Notes: generated by a model not told the origin, from the letters alone. Counted from the stretch's first letter, positions 10,583-20,152 are shown. The stretch: DNA of 64,000 nucleotides from Candidatus Latescibacterota bacterium (GCA_965208105.1 OZ242318.1:3840001-3904000), one strand, 5' to 3'. Translations and numbers: made by a program.

Positions 10583-11986
10583 ATGACCAACCAGATTATT
10601 CATGCCCGTTCCCGCCGCCTGTTGATTTTCGTAGGCGTCGCTCTTTTGGTTCACGGCGTGTTGGTGGTGGCCATTACCTACCGCGAAGTGTTGGAGCGGC
10701 CTGAGCCCGTGCTGTCGGGCAAGTTCGTCAAGCGCCGGCCCTTGCAGCAGCCGTATCTGGAGCGCCGGGTCGAGCGGCCTGCGCCCCTGCCTGTCCTCAA
10801 GCGTTCGGTGACCGCCTCGCGTCCCTATGCGCGCTCGGCGGTTCAGTACACCCTTGCCCCGGTTCATCCCCAACTGCTCGGCGCCCGGCTCGAGGTGCCG
10901 GAGCTGCCGCCGCGCCCACTCTCTTTGGCCAGGGGCCTTCCCTCCAGCGGGCGTTTGCGCTCCCTTCCCACCGAGGTGTCGGTGCAGGCGGCGGATCACC
11001 TGGATCTGGGGCTGGAGTTGCTGGACATCGACCATCTGGATACGGGTCGCTACCGGGCCCTGGTGGTGCAGGATCCGGCTGACCGCCGCAATCTGGAAGG
11101 GTACGTGCACTTTTCGGCGGTGGCCATTCCCTCGGTGCGGCGCATGGAGGGCGAGGACTGGGGCCCGTATCCGGCACAGGCCTTAGCGCGCAGTGTGGAT
11201 CGCCATAGTGCCGTTTTACCCGATTTCCGCCACAGCGCCAACATCCGCGCCCTGGCGTCCCTGGCGGCTGAACTGGAGGAGCAGACGGGGTTGAAGGCGG
11301 TGTTGGACGAGGATCTGGACTTGCAGTCGCCGGCGGTGCTGGAGAGTCCGTTCATCCTGCTGACCAGCGGCCGCCGGTTCGAGCCGAGCGCGGAGGAGGC
11401 GGAGCAACTGGGCAGGTATCTGGTGTCGGGCGGGTTCGCCTACGTGGAGCAGGTAGGCGCGCCGGTGCTGGAGTTTTTGCATGGCACCTTCCGGGATCTG
11501 CACTCCCTGCGGGACTTGATTCGCATGGCCCTGGCAAGCCAGGGTTTGAGTGAGGGTACGGACTGGAGTTTCGAGCCCCTGGATGGCGACCATCCCCTGT
11601 TTCACAGTTACTATGATATCGACACCTTGCCGACCAACTACTGGCGGGCGGTTTACTCCGATGTGTTCGGTTATCACTCTAGGCATCCGCAAGATTGGGG
11701 CTTCCGATCTGATCCGACTTACGAGGGAATCCCGCCCTATTTGGAGGGAATTCACCTGAATGGCCGCCTGGTGCTGGTCTATTCACAGCAGAACTTCCGC
11801 GATTTCTGGCGCCGGCGTCCGGAGCGTCATTTGACCCGGGCGTCGGAGGTATTCATTTGGGATCTCAATGAGTCTCCTCTCCACCGTCCCAGCAGCGATC
11901 CGGCGATCCGGCTGGGGATCAACGTGGTGGTGTTCGCGCTGACCCAGGAAGGGTCGCTGGCGCGGCGCTATGTCAAGGCGAGGTAA
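10583..11986 (+). CDS. Membrane-anchored DUF4159-domain protein (copy D1)
   Basis: N-terminal TM helix, Pro/Arg-rich linker; DUF4159-type motifs L-RYL-SGGF, HPLFHSYYD, LEGI-L-GRL, LGINVVVFALTQEGS. Confidence 0.82.
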   Translation: MTNQIIHARSRRLLIFVGVALLVHGVLVVAITYREVLERPEPVLSGKFVKRRPLQQPYLERRVERPAPLPVLKRSVTASRPYARSAVQYTLAPVHPQLLGARLEVPELPPRPLSLARGLPSSGRLRSLPTEVSVQAADHLDLGLELLDIDHLDTGRYRALVVQDPADRRNLEGYVHFSAVAIPSVRRMEGEDWGPYPAQALARSVDRHSAVLPDFRHSANIRALASLAAELEEQTGLKAVLDEDLDLQSPAVLESPFILLTSGRRFEPSAEEAEQLGRYLVSGGFAYVEQVGAPVLEFLHGTFRDLHSLRDLIRMALASQGLSEGTDWSFEPLDGDHPLFHSYYDIDTLPTNYWRAVYSDVFGYHSRHPQDWGFRSDPTYEGIPPYLEGIHLNGRLVLVYSQQNFRDFWRRRPERHLTRASEVFIWDLNESPLHRPSSDPAIRLGINVVVFALTQEGSLARRYVKAR

Positions 11987-11989
11987 ATC

Positions 11990-13675
11990 ATGATACTGAG
12001 GTGGCTCGCACTGGTCCTCCTCCTGCTGCGCCAGGGGGCGGCGGACCAGTGGGTGACCGTCGGCGCCGAGGACTTCGCCAAAGGGACCCTCAAAGGGGTG
12101 GAGGTCTCGCCTTCGGGAAAGCTGCGCCTGACCTTTTTCGAAGGAGCAAACCTGGCTCTGAAAATGGCGGCCAGGTCAGAGACCGGGGAGATCGTCCGCT
12201 CCTTCAGCGTTACCGACGGCAACCTTGCCACCGAATGGGATTTCGGCGGCAAGGCCCAGGTCATGGGCCGGACCATCGAGATTGATCTGGGCAGCAACCG
12301 CCTCGTCACCGGGGTGCGTATTCTACCCGGCAGTAAGTTGGGAAAACAGTATCCACAGTTCTATGTCAAGGGTTACCGCATCGACGTTGCCGCCGCCGAC
12401 GCCCCCGACCTCTGGATTCCGGTGGCCCAGAATCTCCTCAACCAGAACCGCTCCATCGACACCACCCTCGACCACACCTGGATGGAATTGGAGGAAGGTG
12501 CGCCCAAGCCTGTTGTTGCCCGCTACGTCCGCGTTACCGTAACGCGAGAGGATCCGCCCAACTGGGTGATCGTCGGTGAGGTGGAGGTCTACGGCACCGG
12601 ATTCACGTCCGCAGGTGAGTATACCTCGCTCCCCTACGAATTGGACTCCGAGATCTCCCATGCCAACCTGGGCACCTTGTTCTGGCGCGCAGAAGTGCCG
12701 GCTGGAACCAGGCTGAGCTGGCAGATTATTGCTTTGCGCCAGTTGCGTGCACAGCCCGATTGGAAAAGTGCACCGCTGATCGAATCAGAAGACGGCAGTG
12801 CCGGTATCGATTTGCGGTTGGAAGAGCGCGCCCGCTACGTGTGGTACAGGGTTTTGTTCGAGTCGGTCGATTCCCGCCTCAGCCCGGAACTGGAAGAGGT
12901 GGTGATCTCCTTCGATCAGAGCCTGATCGCCACTACCGCCCGCGGTTCGGTCGAGCCCCGGAGGGTAGCGGCGGGGGAGCCGGTGTCCCTTACCTACAAG
13001 GCCACCATAGGGGTCCGGCCCCATGACCACGGCGTGGATCTGCTGGTTCTCAACCGCTGGGGCGAGCTGGAGGAGCTATTGATCGACGGAACGAGAGTTC
13101 CACCAGGCGGGTATGAGATCATCGGCGACGAGTTCTCGGGTCAGAGGCCGAATCTTGCCCTGCGTCTGCACCCGGACTATCGCATTGGAGGTCGCGCGGA
13201 AATAGAGTTGAGGTTCACCACCGCGTTCCTCAAGGGGGCGGAGTTGGTGACCCTTTCCCTCGGGACTCTCGCGGAGGGAGCGGACCAGACCAACTTTCAG
13301 AAGGTCACCCTGCAGTTTTGGAATAGTACCCTGGTTGCCGTTTCCGGGGCCATGGAAAGCGTCCTGACCCCGTCCAGCGTGCGCTTCGTCCCCCGGATTT
13401 TCCGACCAGGCCCCGGTGGTGGTACCCAGCTTCACTTCGATCTGGCCAGGGTGCGGGTGCCGGTGCCGGTGAGCGTGGCTATCTTCGATCTTTCCGGGAG
13501 GCGCGTCCGTACCCTGATGGACGACACCCTGCTACAGTCGGGCCCCATTCTTGTCCCCTTTGACGGCTATGACGCCCGCGGCAGGGTGTTGCCGCCTGGC
13601 ATTTACCTGTGCCGCATCGAGGTCAGTGCTCAGCGCAAATTTACCGTGCTTCGCACACTCGGCATAGCCTATTGA
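11990..13675 (+). CDS. Secreted protein with discoidin (F5/8C)-like and C-terminal FlgD Ig-like domains (copy F1)
   Basis: Signal peptide; DGN--TEW, IDLG, ARYVRV, EVEVYG; C-terminal IFDLSGRRVRTL...DG-D--GR-LPPGIY-CRI...GIAY. Confidence 0.8.
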   Translation: MILRWLALVLLLLRQGAADQWVTVGAEDFAKGTLKGVEVSPSGKLRLTFFEGANLALKMAARSETGEIVRSFSVTDGNLATEWDFGGKAQVMGRTIEIDLGSNRLVTGVRILPGSKLGKQYPQFYVKGYRIDVAAADAPDLWIPVAQNLLNQNRSIDTTLDHTWMELEEGAPKPVVARYVRVTVTREDPPNWVIVGEVEVYGTGFTSAGEYTSLPYELDSEISHANLGTLFWRAEVPAGTRLSWQIIALRQLRAQPDWKSAPLIESEDGSAGIDLRLEERARYVWYRVLFESVDSRLSPELEEVVISFDQSLIATTARGSVEPRRVAAGEPVSLTYKATIGVRPHDHGVDLLVLNRWGELEELLIDGTRVPPGGYEIIGDEFSGQRPNLALRLHPDYRIGGRAEIELRFTTAFLKGAELVTLSLGTLAEGADQTNFQKVTLQFWNSTLVAVSGAMESVLTPSSVRFVPRIFRPGPGGGTQLHFDLARVRVPVPVSVAIFDLSGRRVRTLMDDTLLQSGPILVPFDGYDARGRVLPPGIYLCRIEVSAQRKFTVLRTLGIAY

Positions 13676-13766
13676 GCAGGAGGGAACCGCTGAAAGGTTT
13701 GCATATCTTCAATCAAGGACTCGAAACTGTGCCTCGTACTGCGCCCGATGCAGGGAGGTAGAAATC

Positions 13767-14273
13767 ATGATCAGGTGTCTGTTATGGACATGTTTGTCGA
13801 TCTTTCTTTTGCACTGCTCTCGTCAGGGCAAGAATCCTCTGCCCCTGACCCCGACCATGGCTATCCCGGACCATGATCTCGAGGCCACATACTTAGAGTT
13901 TCGGACTGATCCGCGCGAAGATCCTACCACTGCCTTTCGTGTGGGGCAGGACGTGTGGGTGCGTTTCGCCATAAGCAACGTCGGAGTGCGCCCTGTACGA
14001 AGGAAAGACTTTAACTATTCTCTGCACCAAAATGATACAATCATCCAGCACGCCCTGACGGAGCGGGGGACCTGGCCAATCTATGATGGCCCCCAACTGG
14101 CGCCTGGGGACCAATATGAAATTTGGAAGTCGCCCCCCTATTCCCGTGAATGGACCTTTACGCAGAATCCAGGCACCTATGAGCTCAAGCTGGAAGTATT
14201 TCTGCACCCTCGGTACGATGAGCAGTTCACAGACGACAACGTTTTCATCCTGACGGTCGAAGTGAAGGAATAG
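13767..14273 (+). CDS. Putative CARDB-like lipoprotein (copy L2)
   Basis: Paralogue of 10059-10565; lipobox-like LLHC; RBS GGGAGG. Confidence 0.8.
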   Translation: MIRCLLWTCLSIFLLHCSRQGKNPLPLTPTMAIPDHDLEATYLEFRTDPREDPTTAFRVGQDVWVRFAISNVGVRPVRRKDFNYSLHQNDTIIQHALTERGTWPIYDGPQLAPGDQYEIWKSPPYSREWTFTQNPGTYELKLEVFLHPRYDEQFTDDNVFILTVEVKE

Positions 14274-14290
14274 ATGAGAGCACAGACCGG

Positions 14291-15697
14291 ATGACCAACC
14301 AGATTATTCATGCCCGTTCCCGCCGCCTGTTGATTTTCGCAGGCGTCGCTCTTTTGGTTCACGGCGTGTTGGTGGTGGCCATTACCTACCGCGAAGTGTT
14401 GGAGCGGCCTGAGCCCGTGCTGTCGGGCAAGTTCGTCAAGCGCCGGCCCTTGCAGCAGCCGTATCTGGAGCGCCGGGTCGAGCGGCCTGCGCCCCTGCCT
14501 GTCCTCAAGCGTTCGGTGACCGCCTCGCGTCCCTATGCGCGCTCGACGGTTCAGTACACCCTTGCCCCGGTTCACCCCCAACTGCTCGGCGCCCGGCTCG
14601 AGGTGCCGGAGCTGCCGGCGCGCCCACTCTCATTGGCCAGGAGCCTTCCCTCCAGCGGGCGTTTGCGCTCCCTTCCCACCGAGGTGTCGGTGCAGGCGGC
14701 GGATCACCTGGATCTGGGGCTGGAGTTGCTGGACATCGACCATCTGGATACGGGTCGCTACCGGGCCCTGGTGGTGCAGGATCCGGCTGACCGCCGCAAT
14801 CTGGAAGGGTACGTGCACTTTTCGGCGGTGGCCATTCCCTCGGTGCGGCGCATGGAGGGCGAGAACTGGGGACCGACTACCCTGCCGGGCTTGGCGCGCG
14901 CTGTGGATCGCGAGATAGCCATTTTTCCAGATTTGCGCCACAGCGCCAACATCCGCGCCCTGGCGTCCCTGGCGGCTGAACTGGAGGAGCAGACGGGATT
15001 GAAGGCAGTGTTGGACGAGGATCTGGACTTGCAGTCGCCGGCGGTGCTGGAGAGTCCGTTCATCCTGCTGACCAGTGGCCGCCCGTTCGAGCCGAGCGCG
15101 GAGGAGGCGGAGCAACTGGGCAGGTATCTGGTGTCGGGCGGGTTCGCCTACGTGGAGCAGGTGGGTGCGGAGTATCCGGAGTGGAAGCATGGCTCCTTCC
15201 GCGATCTGCACTCTCTGCGGGACTTGATTCGCATGGCCCTGGCAAGCCAGGGTTTGGGGGAAGGCGTGGACTGGAGTTTCGAGCCCCTCGATGGCTACCA
15301 TCCCCTGTTTCACAGTTACTACGACATCGGCACCTTGCCGACCAGCTACTGGAGGGCGATTTGGGCAAATGTTTTTGGTGAGGCCAGTGGGGTAGCTCAG
15401 GGGACGCTTGAACCGTCGCCGACCTTTGAGGGCATCCCGCCCTATCTCGAAGGCATCCACCTGGATGGCCGCCTCGTGCTGGTCTATTCGCAGCAGAACT
15501 ACCGTGATTTCTGGTGGCGGCGTCCGGAGCGCCATTTGACCCGAGCGGCGGAGACCCTGATATGGGATTTCAACCAGTCTCCGCTCCACCGTCCGAGCAG
15601 CGATCCGGCGATCCGGCTGGGGATCAACGTGGTGGTGTTCGCGCTGACCCAGGAGGGATCGTTGGCTAGGCGCTACGTCAAGCGCGGTAATTCATGA
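14291..15697 (+). CDS. DUF4159-domain protein (copy D2)
   Basis: Near-identical to D1 outside variable patches. Confidence 0.82.
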   Translation: MTNQIIHARSRRLLIFAGVALLVHGVLVVAITYREVLERPEPVLSGKFVKRRPLQQPYLERRVERPAPLPVLKRSVTASRPYARSTVQYTLAPVHPQLLGARLEVPELPARPLSLARSLPSSGRLRSLPTEVSVQAADHLDLGLELLDIDHLDTGRYRALVVQDPADRRNLEGYVHFSAVAIPSVRRMEGENWGPTTLPGLARAVDREIAIFPDLRHSANIRALASLAAELEEQTGLKAVLDEDLDLQSPAVLESPFILLTSGRPFEPSAEEAEQLGRYLVSGGFAYVEQVGAEYPEWKHGSFRDLHSLRDLIRMALASQGLGEGVDWSFEPLDGYHPLFHSYYDIGTLPTSYWRAIWANVFGEASGVAQGTLEPSPTFEGIPPYLEGIHLDGRLVLVYSQQNYRDFWWRRPERHLTRAAETLIWDFNQSPLHRPSSDPAIRLGINVVVFALTQEGSLARRYVKRGNS

Positions 15698-15736
15698 TAC
15701 TCTGAGTCTCGCACGGTTTCCGTCCTTCTGCGGCAG
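15694..15736 (+). pseudogene. 5'-end scar of a deleted discoidin/FlgD gene
   Basis: atgatactctgagtctcgcacggtttccgtccttctgcggcag aligns with the starts of F1 (11990) and F2 (18451) at the same position after DUF4159. Confidence 0.6.
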
Positions 15737-15872
15737 CATAAGAAAAAAGTGCGAGTAAGAAGACATTCAATTTATGCGGGGATTCCCCTTTTGTCCGGCT
15801 GGGCTGTGCAACCTGTTCTTCAGAGATTCTGTTTCGTGAATTGTATTACACTTTGTGCCGAGAGAATTGCTT

Positions 15873-16381
15873 ATGATCAGGTATATTTTGTTGGCATGTT
15901 TTCATTTTCTTCTTTTTCACTGCGCCCGCGAAGGAGAGAATCCCCTGCCCATAGAGCCCATCCAGATTCTCCCAGACTACGATCTTGAGGCAACGTCCTT
16001 AGAATTCCGGATTGATCCTGAAAAGGCCCTACCACTGCCTTTCGCGTGGGCCAAGACGTGTGGGTGCGTTATGTAATAAAGAACCTTGGATTGCAAACTG
16101 TATCCATGAGAGCCAATTCATATTCCTTGCGCCAAAATGAAAAACTCGTCAGGTCGGCCGTGGATGAGTGGGGGGTTTGGCACGGCCTAAGAGGCTCGCC
16201 ACTGGCGTCTGGAGACTCACTGAGGTTAGGGCTCTCTCCCCCATATTCCTCCCGTGAATGGACCTTCACGGAACAGCCCGGCATCTATGAACTCAAGTTG
16301 AAAGTCTTTCTACATCCTCGGTACGAGGAGGAGAACAAAGACAACAACCAATTTACCGTGACGGTCGAGGTGAGAGAGTAG
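15873..16381 (+). pseudogene. Frameshifted CARDB-like lipoprotein (copy L3)
   Basis: ORFs 15873-16076 and 16046-16381 join into a full L1/L2 paralogue if one base is restored in the A-run at 16021-16024. Confidence 0.8.
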
Positions 16382-16436
16382 TACAGATGAGGATCGGATG
16401 AAAATCCGCGAGATTCGGAAACGCTCTCAGCGCTGG

Positions 16437-16916
16437 ATGGAAAAACCGGCATTGCTGGCATGCCTGTCGGTTTTTTTTCTGTGCTGTTCACGTGCCGGCG
16501 AAAACCCTTTGCCGATCGAACCCCTTCTTCCCCGTTCCGAGTACGACCTGGAAGCGTCGGAATTAAAGATCCAGAATCAACAAGGTGGACCGCATAGACC
16601 GAGGATAAAAATAGGCGCAGATGTCTGGATCTTTACCAGTATATGCAACGTGGGACTACAGCCCATCCCTGGCGCGTACTACGGAGAGTCTCTGGAGGTA
16701 AACGGCAAAATCGTACACCGGCATTCATTAGGTGTATATTCATCTTTTGGACCATTGGCGCCTGGAGGATGCAACAAAGGGGCGGTAAGTTTATCGCGGA
16801 TGCCGGAGGAGCCGGGTCGATACGAGTTCAAGTTCCAAGTGCATCTCTCTTCCAGGCTTGAGGAGGAGAACAAGGACAACAATGAGTTGGTGTTGGTAGT
16901 CGAAGTGGAACAATAG
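16437..16916 (+). CDS. Putative CARDB-like lipoprotein (copy L4); ORF extends upstream to 16398
   Basis: FFLCC lipobox-like, GENPLPIEP, YDLEA, NVG, PLAPG, EEENKDNN. Confidence 0.78.
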   Translation: MEKPALLACLSVFFLCCSRAGENPLPIEPLLPRSEYDLEASELKIQNQQGGPHRPRIKIGADVWIFTSICNVGLQPIPGAYYGESLEVNGKIVHRHSLGVYSSFGPLAPGGCNKGAVSLSRMPEEPGRYEFKFQVHLSSRLEEENKDNNELVLVVEVEQ

Positions 16917-16989
16917 GCACGCTCGATTGCGGGCAGTGCGCTCGCGGACGGAGGCCGGCAAACGCTTCCAAGGGCTCCAGGGGCACGGC

Positions 16990-17028
16990 GGCAACCTATT
17001 CACCCTTACGGTCGAGGTGAAAGACTAG
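16990..17028 (+). pseudogene. 3'-end scar of another CARDB-like lipoprotein gene
   Basis: Encodes GNLFTLTVEVKD*, homologous to the L1 end DNVFTLTVEVKE*. Confidence 0.65.
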
Positions 17029-17044
17029 TGAGGATGAGGATCGA

Positions 17045-18454
17045 ATGAGAAACCGCAAAATGCGGGGTCGCACTCAGCGCTGGTGGTTTTTCATCGGCGT
17101 CGCTCTCCTGGTTCACGGCGTGTTGGTGGTGGCCATTACCTACCGCGAAGTGTTGGAGCGGCCTGAGCCCGTGCTGTCGGGCAAGTTCGTCAAGCGCCGG
17201 CCCTTGCAGCAGCCGTATCTGGAGCGCCGGGTCGAGCGGCCTGCGCCCCTGCCTGTCCTCAAGCGTTCGGTGACCGCCTCGCGTCCCTATGCGCGCTCGA
17301 CGGTTCAGTACACCCTTGCCCCGGTTCATCCCCAACTGCTCGGCGCCCGGCTCGAGGTGCCGGAGCTGCCGGCGCGCCCCCTCTCATTGGCCAGGGGCCT
17401 TCCCTCCAGCGGGCGCTTGCGCTCCCTTCCCACCGAGGTGTCGGTGCAGGCGGCGGATCATCTGGATCTGGGGCTGGAGTTGCTGGACATCGACCATCTG
17501 GATACTGGTCGCTACCGGGCCCTGGTGGTGCAGGACCCTGCTGACCGCCGCAATCTGGAAGGGTACGTGCACTTTTCGGCGGTGGCCATTCCCTCGGTGC
17601 GGCGCATGGAGGGCGAGGACTGGGGCCCGTGGACGTGGGAGTCCATAGCGCGCAGCGTGGATCGGGAGATGTCCACATTTCCCGATTTGCTCCACAGCGC
17701 CAATATCCGCGCCCTGGCGTCCCTGGCGGCTGAACTGGAGGAGCAGACGGGGTTGAAGGCGGTGTTGGACGAGGATCTGGACTTGCAGTCGCCGGCGGTG
17801 CTGGAGAGTCCGTTCATCCTGCTGACCAGCGGCCGCCCGTTCGAGCCGAGCGTGGAGGAGGCGGAGCAACTGGGCCGATACCTGGCGTCGGGCGGGTTCG
17901 CCTACGTGGAGCAGGTGGGCGCGCCGTGGCCGGAGCTTCAGCAAGGCACCTTCCGCGACCTGCACTCCCTGCGCGACCTGATTCGCATGGCCCTGGCAAG
18001 CCAGGGCTTGAGTGAGGGTACGGACTGGAGTTTCGAGCCCCTTGGTCACGACCATGCCCTGTTTCACAGTTACTACGACATCGAAACCCTGCCCACCAAC
18101 TACTGGCGAGCAATCTGGGCAGATGTGAGTGGTCTTAGGGCGGTGGGAGTGGCTAGTGGAGGGCTTACACCGTCGCCGACTTTCGAGGGAATCCCGCCCT
18201 ATTTGGAGGGGATTCACCTGGATGGCCGCCTGGTGCTGGTCTATTCGCAGCAGAACTACCGTGATTTCTGGTGGCGGCGTCCGGAGCGCCATTTGACCCG
18301 AGCGGCCGAGCCCCTGATATGGAACTTCAATGAATCTCCGCTCCACCGTCCGAGCAGCGATCCGGCGATCCGGCTGGGGATCAACGTGGTGGTGTTCGCG
18401 CTGACCCAGGAGGGATCGTTGGCTCGTCGCTACGTCAAGCGGGGCAAATCATGA
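17045..18454 (+). CDS. DUF4159-domain protein (copy D3)
   Basis: Near-identical to D1/D2 except N-terminus and variable patches; ATGA overlap with next gene. Confidence 0.82.
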   Translation: MRNRKMRGRTQRWWFFIGVALLVHGVLVVAITYREVLERPEPVLSGKFVKRRPLQQPYLERRVERPAPLPVLKRSVTASRPYARSTVQYTLAPVHPQLLGARLEVPELPARPLSLARGLPSSGRLRSLPTEVSVQAADHLDLGLELLDIDHLDTGRYRALVVQDPADRRNLEGYVHFSAVAIPSVRRMEGEDWGPWTWESIARSVDREMSTFPDLLHSANIRALASLAAELEEQTGLKAVLDEDLDLQSPAVLESPFILLTSGRPFEPSVEEAEQLGRYLASGGFAYVEQVGAPWPELQQGTFRDLHSLRDLIRMALASQGLSEGTDWSFEPLGHDHALFHSYYDIETLPTNYWRAIWADVSGLRAVGVASGGLTPSPTFEGIPPYLEGIHLDGRLVLVYSQQNYRDFWWRRPERHLTRAAEPLIWNFNESPLHRPSSDPAIRLGINVVVFALTQEGSLARRYVKRGKS

Positions 18455-20136
18455 TACCCTGGGGGCTGGCACTCCTCGCGGTCCTGGTGCGGCAGGGAGC
18501 GGCGGACCAGTGGGTGACCGCCGGCGCCGAGGACTTCGCCCTGGGGACCCTCGAAGGGGTGGAGGTCTCGGCCGCCGGCAGGTTGCGCCTGACCTCTTTC
18601 GAAGGGCTCAACTTGGCTTTGGATAGGGCGGCCAGGTCGGGCAGCCAGGAGCTGACTCGTTCCTTCAGCGTTACCGACGGTAACCTTAAAACCGAATGGA
18701 GATTCGACGGCCAAGCCCGGGTCATGGGCCGGACCATCGAGATCGATCTGGGCGGCAACCGACTCGTCAGCCGGGTGCGCATTCTTCCCGGCGGCAAGCT
18801 GGGGGAACTGAATCCACTGTTTTTTCTAAGGGGCTACCGCATTGACGTTGCCGCCGCCAACGCCCCCGACCTCTGGATTCCAGTGGCCGAGAATCTCCTC
18901 AACCAGAACCGCTTCATCGACACAACTCTCGACAACACCTGGATGGAATTCGAGCAGGGCGAGCCCAGGCCGGTCATGGCCCGTTACGTGCGTATAACAG
19001 TAACTCGGGAGGACCTGCCCAACTGGGTGATCGTCGGTGAGGTGGAGGTCTACGGCACCGGATTCAAGCCCGCCGGTGAATATGCCTCCCCCCCCTACGA
19101 AGTAGGCACCGAGGTCTCCCACGCCAACCTGGGCACCTTGATCTGGCGCGCCGATTTGCCGCCAGGGACCAAACTGAGCTGGCAGATCTATGCTTCGCGC
19201 CAGGAGGACCCACAACCCAAATGGGAGGAGATTCCCATCATTGAAAAAGGGGACGGCACCGCTGGTATCGATTTGCAGATGGAAGAACGCGCACGATACG
19301 TGTGGTACAGGGTTTTGTTCGAAACCGTCGATTCCCGCCTCAGCCCGGAGCTGGAAGAGGTGGTGATCACCTTCGACCGGAGCTTGATCGCCACTACGAC
19401 TTACGGTTCGGTCGAGCCCCGCCTAGTAGCGGCGGGGGAGCCGGTGTCCCTTACCTACAAGGCCACCATCGAGGTGGAACCCCAGGACTACGGGGTGGAT
19501 ATGCTCATTCTCAACCGCTGGGGCGAGCTCGAAGAGCTTTTGATCGACGGTACGAGGGTTCCACCCGGCGGGTATGAAATCATCGGCGACGAGGTCTCGG
19601 TGCAGAGGCCGAATATATCCCTGCGTCTGCACCCGGACTATCGCATTGAAGGCCGCGCCGAAATAGAGTTGAGGTTCACCACCGCGTTCCTCAAGGGACC
19701 CGAGGTGGTGACCCTTTTTCTCGGGACTTTCGCGGATGGAGCGGATCCGACAAACCTGCAGCCGGTTTCTCCGCAGTCAGCGGGAAGGACCCTGGTTGCC
19801 GTTTCCGGGACCACGGGAAGCGTCCTCTCCCAGTCCAGCGTGCGCCTCGACCCGCGGATTTTCCGACCCGGCCCCGGCGGAGGTACCCGGCTTCACTTCG
19901 ATCTGGCCAAGGTGTGGGTGCCGGTGCCGGTGAGCGTGGCCATCTTCGATCTCTCCGGGCGCCGCGTCCGCACTCTGTTGGAGGATGCCCTGCTGCAGTC
20001 GGGCCCCATTGTCGTCCCCTTTGACGGCTATGACGGCGGTGGTCGGGTGTTGCCTCCCGGCATTTACCTTTGCCGCATCAAGGTCAGGGCCCAACGCCCG
20101 GTGACCGTGCTTCGCACCCTCGGCATTGCCTACTGA
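18451..20136 (+). CDS. Discoidin/FlgD-Ig secreted protein (copy F2)
   Basis: 561 aa, colinear paralogue of F1, ends LRTLGIAY. Confidence 0.8.
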   Translation: MIPWGLALLAVLVRQGAADQWVTAGAEDFALGTLEGVEVSAAGRLRLTSFEGLNLALDRAARSGSQELTRSFSVTDGNLKTEWRFDGQARVMGRTIEIDLGGNRLVSRVRILPGGKLGELNPLFFLRGYRIDVAAANAPDLWIPVAENLLNQNRFIDTTLDNTWMEFEQGEPRPVMARYVRITVTREDLPNWVIVGEVEVYGTGFKPAGEYASPPYEVGTEVSHANLGTLIWRADLPPGTKLSWQIYASRQEDPQPKWEEIPIIEKGDGTAGIDLQMEERARYVWYRVLFETVDSRLSPELEEVVITFDRSLIATTTYGSVEPRLVAAGEPVSLTYKATIEVEPQDYGVDMLILNRWGELEELLIDGTRVPPGGYEIIGDEVSVQRPNISLRLHPDYRIEGRAEIELRFTTAFLKGPEVVTLFLGTFADGADPTNLQPVSPQSAGRTLVAVSGTTGSVLSQSSVRLDPRIFRPGPGGGTRLHFDLAKVWVPVPVSVAIFDLSGRRVRTLLEDALLQSGPIVVPFDGYDGGGRVLPPGIYLCRIKVRAQRPVTVLRTLGIAY

Positions 20137-20152
20137 ACAAAAGGGAGTTGCC

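Larger units (their letters stand above)
10009..15694 (+). repeat. Tandem duplication with 3708-bp period (leader + lipoprotein + DUF4159)
   Basis: Offsets 10059->13767, 10583->14291 and upstream motif 10009->13717 all equal 3708; long near-identical DNA blocks. Confidence 0.9.

Noticed and set aside
10583-18454. Diversity-generating retroelement explanation for the variable patches
   Set aside because: No reverse transcriptase or non-coding template repeat in the window; differences include indels and are not limited to adenines
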